The notes beneath the pieces are model-generated. The model was not told where the DNA came from and did no database searches. It was given only the letters and a program-made list of their open reading frames with translations. A program made the position numbers and the translations under genes. A DNA stretch of 64,000 nucleotides from Pseudomonadota bacterium. GTDB lineage: Bacteria > Pseudomonadota > Alphaproteobacteria > Rickettsiales > UBA6187. How positions within the stretch are numbered: position 1 is the stretch's first letter; each line of letters starts with the position of its first letter. This document shows, piece by piece, positions 59,631 to 64,000 of the stretch. The stretch is from positions 32,504-96,503 of the forward strand of contig JAQCEY010000008.1 in NCBI GenBank assembly GCA_027620075.1. Direction: 5' to 3'.

Positions 59631-60793
59631 GTTACTACTCCATCATATACATTAAAAAACTGCGCCTTATCCCTTATTTCCTTAAAAAGTTCTTCGTCAG
59701 TACCGGTCATCCAAACCTGTGCCTGCATTGAAAATATCTCTTCAAATAACGAAGCCCTGCGTTTTTCATCAAGATGTGCCACCACTTCATCTAATAGAAG
59801 AACCGGAACACTCCCTTTCCATAGTGCCTTAGCCCTTGCCTCCGCAAGTATTATAGATAGCAGCAGGGCTTTTTGCTCACCTGTAGAACAGGAAGCCGCA
59901 GGCATAGCTTTTTCATTGTGAAAAGCTATAAAATCACTTCTGTGTGTGCCTACGCTCGTCCTGCCCGTCCTTGTGTCCATTCCTCTTGATTCATATAATT
60001 GCTTCTTAAGAATTTCCTCAGCCTGAAGGGCTGAATTTTCAAGCATAATTCTTTCCACCCCTCCTTGCACATCTATATCGGCTTTCGGAAAGGCTGTTTT
60101 AAACTCGCTAATAACCGCCTGAATATGCTCGACAGTATCAATTCTGGCAGCGGCTATTGAAACCGCCCTTTGTGCCATCTTCTCTTCTAGCACACTTACC
60201 CAAGAAGGGTCATAACTCGGTTGCCGTATTATCTTGGCACGCTCACGCATAGTATATTCATATGAATATATACGTGAGGCATGTTCGGGGTCAAAATTGT
60301 AAACCAGCCTATCTAAAAACTTACGCCTGTCAGATGAACTGCCTATAAACAGCCCGTCCATTTGCGGTGTCAGCCACATTACACTGAATATACTAGTTAA
60401 TTCCGCCTGATTTTTTACTATATCGCCGTCAATTTTTACTATACGCTTGCTATCTGTAACAAGCTCCCTGCCCGTTCCTATCCTAAATTCCTCAAAGCCC
60501 TTGTTAACAACGGCAGATATAGACCATGGCAAAACAGCCTCACCGCCCTGAATCATATCTGCTTCGTTTAATTTTATTTTACGGAATCCCTTACCCGGAG
60601 ATAATAGCGATATCGCTTCTAAAATATTGGTCTTGCCAGAACCGTTAGCCCCCGTCAACACGACAGGCGATGCATTAAGTTTTAAAGACAAGTCTTTGTA
60701 ATTTCTATAACTACCAAGTTTAATGCTTGAAGCATAAAATGCCTCGGCTTGTATATTGTCGGTTATTAGCGGCGTATCGGCTACTACACTCAC
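59621..60793 (-). CDS. recF: DNA replication and repair protein RecF
   Basis: 390 aa. Walker A LTGANGSGKTNILEAI, signature STGEQKALLLS, Walker B VLLLDEV. Confidence 0.93.
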   Translation of the reverse strand: MSVVADTPLITDNIQAEAFYASSIKLGSYRNYKDLSLKLNASPVVLTGANGSGKTNILEAISLLSPGKGFRKIKLNEADMIQGGEAVLPWSISAVVNKGFEEFRIGTGRELVTDSKRIVKIDGDIVKNQAELTSIFSVMWLTPQMDGLFIGSSSDRRKFLDRLVYNFDPEHASRIYSYEYTMRERAKIIRQPSYDPSWVSVLEEKMAQRAVSIAAARIDTVEHIQAVISEFKTAFPKADIDVQGGVERIMLENSALQAEEILKKQLYESRGMDTRTGRTSVGTHRSDFIAFHNEKAMPAASCSTGEQKALLLSIILAEARAKALWKGSVPVLLLDEVVAHLDEKRRASLFEEIFSMQAQVWMTGTDEELFKEIRDKAQFFNVYDGVVTKK

Positions 60794-60796
60794 GTT

Positions 60797-61975
60797 TTAT
60801 ATACGCATCGGCATTATAACATATAGAGAAGAGCTATCGGCACTATCCTTTACTAAAACAGGGGCTGAACCGTCAGCAAATACAAACTCAACTTCATCAC
60901 CTTCAATAACGCCCATCATATCCAGTATGTATCTTGAGTTAAAGCCTATTTCAACACTATCGGAATTATAATTTGCCTCAAGTTCCTCGGTTGCCGCACC
61001 GTTATCGTCATTAGTAGCGGAAAGCACAATCTTACCGGCAGATACAGTAAGCTTTACCGCCTTTGTTTTATCTGACGATATGGTAGAAACCCTATCAACA
61101 GCAACAGAAAGTGCGTTTGAATCTATTACAAGGCTTTTATCGTTGGACTGAGGTATAACCTTAGTATAATCAGGGAAAGTTCCGTCTATAAGTTTTGATA
61201 ATAAAACGGCTTTTCCGCATACAAAACATATTTTCGTATCGGATAACGATACTTCGATATCGTCTTCAGCCTCATCAAGAAGCTTTTTAAGCTCAACAAC
61301 TGTTTTTCTGGGGATTATCACTCCCGGAATCTCAGATGCTCCCTCAGGGGCTTCTATTTCAATCTTGGCAAGCCTGTGTCCGTCAGTTGCAACCGCACAT
61401 AACATTTTATCGGTTGAATGAATATATATACCGTTTAGGTAATACCTTGTTTCTTCAGTGGAAATAGCAAATCTAGGCTTGTCTATAAGTGCCGTCAGCT
61501 CAGCAGCCGTCAACGAAAACTCATACGGCATATCACCTCTACTCATTACGGGAAAATCAGTAACAGGAAGGCAGGCAAGCGAGAAATTACAAGAGCCTGA
61601 CGCTATTTCGATATGACCGGTATCAGATGCATCACCCTTTATGGAAACCTGTGCTCCGTCAGGCAATTTCCTTACTATCTCATATAAAGTATGGGCAGAT
61701 ACGGTCAAAGCCCCTTCTTCAGATATATCGGCTTCCAGTTTCTCCGTTACGGCAATGTCCATATCAGTGGCTGTCAGGTTTATTTGTCCGCCAAAAGCCT
61801 CTATTTTAACATTCGACAATATCGCTATCGTATTCCGCCTCTCCACAACCGACTGCACGTGTCCCAAAGCCTTTAAAAGCTGCGATCTGTCAATCGTAAA
61901 ACCCAATGAAGACGAAATATTTTCCGCCTGTTGTTCGTCCGACCGGACTTCTGCTAATTCTGTCATATTTACCAA
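60797..61975 (-). CDS. dnaN: DNA polymerase III beta sliding clamp
   Basis: 392 aa. FTIDRSQLLKALGHVQSVVERRNTIAILSNVKIEA and C-terminal MPMRI. About 25 extra N-terminal residues, so the start is uncertain. Confidence 0.93.
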   Translation of the reverse strand: MVNMTELAEVRSDEQQAENISSSLGFTIDRSQLLKALGHVQSVVERRNTIAILSNVKIEAFGGQINLTATDMDIAVTEKLEADISEEGALTVSAHTLYEIVRKLPDGAQVSIKGDASDTGHIEIASGSCNFSLACLPVTDFPVMSRGDMPYEFSLTAAELTALIDKPRFAISTEETRYYLNGIYIHSTDKMLCAVATDGHRLAKIEIEAPEGASEIPGVIIPRKTVVELKKLLDEAEDDIEVSLSDTKICFVCGKAVLLSKLIDGTFPDYTKVIPQSNDKSLVIDSNALSVAVDRVSTISSDKTKAVKLTVSAGKIVLSATNDDNGAATEELEANYNSDSVEIGFNSRYILDMMGVIEGDEVEFVFADGSAPVLVKDSADSSSLYVIMPMRI

Positions 61976-62071
61976 ACTTTATACTATATTAATACTAAAA
62001 ATTATTCTGGACATTATCAGCAAAAAATCATTTATGCAAGCAGTCTTGAACACGAAATTATAAAACAATTT

Positions 62072-62677
62072 TTACTCCAACAACCTCTTCTTCCAGCTCT
62101 CTAGTTGTTCAACATCAATACCGGCATACACAACCCCTATAGGCTCATCATTGAGTGTTGCAATAAACGCAACCTCTACCTGAAAAAACTCCGTATTATA
62201 ATCAAACGCAAGGTCGCTTATATACGTTCCGTAAGACCTTGAGCCGAGAGTTTTGGTCCATTTCTCGTTATTACCTTGCCAATAATCGTCACTAATCATA
62301 CTTTGTCCGGCATTTATACCATAGGCATCTATTATGATTATTTCAGTGAATAATCCCTGTGATTCCTTTTGCTTAATTTTCAGGAAATTTGAAAGGTCAT
62401 TTTCCAGAACCCTATCCGTAAGAGGTCTTTTATTCTTCCTGCGTTCCCCCATCCACGTATCATTTAATATCTTCTTATCCGTCTGGGACAAAAGCTCATT
62501 CTTTTCATTTTGCTTTTTTAATGCTTTGATAACAATATCATTTTTCAGCCACAACTTCATTTCGTTTACTACGAAATCATTGATATCGCTCCTGTAATCC
62601 TGCTGTGCAATGGCATTGAATGAAACCAAAACAGAAAAAAACAATACTATTAATATCCTGCTCATTTTTATACCCAC
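62072..62677 (-). CDS. Periplasmic protein, possibly a stand-alone PDC/Cache-like sensor-fold domain
   Basis: 201 aa. Signal peptide (ILIVLFFSVLVSFNAIA|QQ). The pattern IIIIDAYG...DDYWQGNNEKW...ISDLAFD......VEVAFI...EPIGVVYAGIDV is reminiscent of PDC-type domains. Recognition is weak. Confidence 0.4.
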   Translation of the reverse strand: MGIKMSRILIVLFFSVLVSFNAIAQQDYRSDINDFVVNEMKLWLKNDIVIKALKKQNEKNELLSQTDKKILNDTWMGERRKNKRPLTDRVLENDLSNFLKIKQKESQGLFTEIIIIDAYGINAGQSMISDDYWQGNNEKWTKTLGSRSYGTYISDLAFDYNTEFFQVEVAFIATLNDEPIGVVYAGIDVEQLESWKKRLLE

Positions 62678-62951
62678 CGATTAAACAATGTCTGCTAGGT
62701 TAGTTTTATTTATTTCATCTTTCAAGAAAAAGAGCAATTTACTGATTTGTCATTACTATAAAAGTTTATCGACTCGCAGATAAAAGAAGTCTTATCAACC
62801 GATGTTTTTGTTGTTGTAATTTTGTGCGAAAGCCAACGAACGACAGGCATTAGTCTAATCAAATAATATGATTATTAATCTTTTTAGTTTAGAAATACTA
62901 TAAAAGCTACTAAACTAACCTCTTTAAATACATTATGGATATAAAATAAAT

Positions 62952-64000
62952 ATGCCGTTATTTAATAATATAACCATCATCGGATTAGGACTTATCGGCA
63001 GTTCCATAGCACAGGCTGCAAAAAAATACCATGCCGCAAAAACCGTTACTGCATTTGACCTAAACCAAGAATCCATAAACAAAGCACTTGAATTGGGCAT
63101 TATTGACAGCGGATATAACAACCTTACCGATTCCGTAAAAGATAGTCAGATGGTTATAATCTGTACCCCTATTAGCACTTATGAAGCAATTATAAATGAA
63201 ATAGCTCCCAAACTTGATAAAAATACGATAATCACAGATGTAGGCTCTGTAAAAAAATCAGTGATAGACATTATTTTACCTAAATTAAAATACCCTGAAA
63301 ATTTTGTTCCCGCCCACCCCATTGCAGGTTCTGAAAAATCCGGTTTACTTGCAGGTAATGCAGACCTTTTCTTAAATAAAGAATTCATAATAAGTCCGGC
63401 AGAAAAAAGCTCTTCATCCTCAATCACAAAAGTTGATCGGTTCTGGCAGACCCTCGGCAGTAATATCGAAATAATACCACCCGAAGAACACGACGAAATA
63501 TACGCAAAATCATCACATATACCCCACTTAGCCGCTTTTTGCTATGCTAGATTCATGATGAAAAATCAGCACATGCCACTTGCAAAGTTAGTTGAAAACC
63601 AAGGGGACGAGTTCGCAGCTTTTGTAAGGCTGGCATTTTCTAACCCGCAAATGTGGACGGATATATTTTTATATAACAAAGAACCTATAATTAAAAATAC
63701 TGAAAAATACCTTCTTACCCCTTCAAATATTATTAAAAATAACGATGAAATCACAGTGTTATATGAAAGAATAAAAAACGCTGCAAACATAAGAGCAAAG
63801 TTTCAGAAAAAAGGACACTTTACAAAAGAGCTTAACAAAAACGATATTTCAACAGGGATTATCCCGTTATTAATATCATGCCTGCTAATAGAATCAGTAG
63901 AAGGAAACCCGAAGGTTGGCGGTGGCTTTTTAGGAATGACGCAAGTTATACTTAACCCGAATGAGGCAATAAAACAAACTATACGCACTCAAATTGACGA
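62952..64000 (+). CDS. tyrA: Prephenate/arogenate (cyclohexadienyl) dehydrogenase, 3' end cut by window edge
   Basis: Not in the supplied ORF track because it has no stop before the window end. My translation from the ATG at 62952 is MPLFNNITIIGLGLIGSSIAQAAKK (GxGxxG) ...VPAHPIAGSEKSG...EEHDEIYAKSSHIPHL, typical of TyrA/TyrC. The frame is open through 63998. Confidence 0.85.
   Translation, partial: MPLFNNITIIGLGLIGSSIAQAAKKYHAAKTVTAFDLNQESINKALELGIIDSGYNNLTDSVKDSQMVIICTPISTYEAIINEIAPKLDKNTIITDVGSVKKSVIDIILPKLKYPENFVPAHPIAGSEKSGLLAGNADLFLNKEFIISPAEKSSSSSITKVDRFWQTLGSNIEIIPPEEHDEIYAKSSHIPHLAAFCYARFMMKNQHMPLAKLVENQGDEFAAFVRLAFSNPQMWTDIFLYNKEPIIKNTEKYLLTPSNIIKNNDEITVLYERIKNAANIRAKFQKKGHFTKELNKNDISTGIIPLLISCLLIESVEGNPKVGGGFLGMTQVILNPNEAIKQTIRTQID

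Overview
The window is visibly AT-rich and gene-dense (about 60 protein genes). I found no rRNA, tRNA, CRISPR array, IS element or prophage. Gene content and synteny are alphaproteobacterial: divergent lpoA-like/rsmI, def-fmt, dapF-mtaB, rph-rdgB-hemW next to grpE, dnaN-recF, and a eukaryote-type NADP-IDH. An ankyrin-repeat protein, orphan secreted proteins and RPE-like palindromic repeats suggest a host-associated Rickettsiales- or Holosporales-like lineage; this is inference, with no database search possible.

Main blocks:
- 0.6-5.7 kb: dTDP-rhamnose/LPS glycan cluster (rfbA-rfbD-rfbC, a GT2-SDR fusion, a UDP-GlcA-epimerase-like gene). rfbB is absent.
- 13.5-20.8 kb: late flagellar block flgI, flgJ-like, flgN-like, flgK, flgL, fliW, preceded by a near-consensus sigma-54 promoter and followed by a DegT-fold protein that lacks the PLP lysine.
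- 21-45 kb: housekeeping genes (fmt, def, mtaB, dapF, suhB, efp, gyrB, queE, icd, hemW, rdgB, rph), interspersed with an arsC/ArsP-like pair, an mtnP-TIGR04283-TIGR04282-type transferase operon, an orphan type IV pilin, a degenerate SNase-like protein and a 941-aa OmpA-C protein.
- 46.7-53.1 kb: a CDP-hexose island (rfbF, rfbG, SDR, methyltransferase, GtrB-like polyprenyl-phosphate glycosyltransferase, large polytopic membrane protein).
- 59.6-62 kb: recF-dnaN.
- 62952 to the window end: an unlisted 3'-truncated tyrA-type gene.

The most unusual non-genic signal is a family of multi-hairpin GTCAT...ATGAC palindromic intergenic repeats at five or more loci. Their stems show compensatory base changes between copies.

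All functional calls rest on motif and family recognition by eye from the translations. No similarity search, HMM or composition calculation was run.
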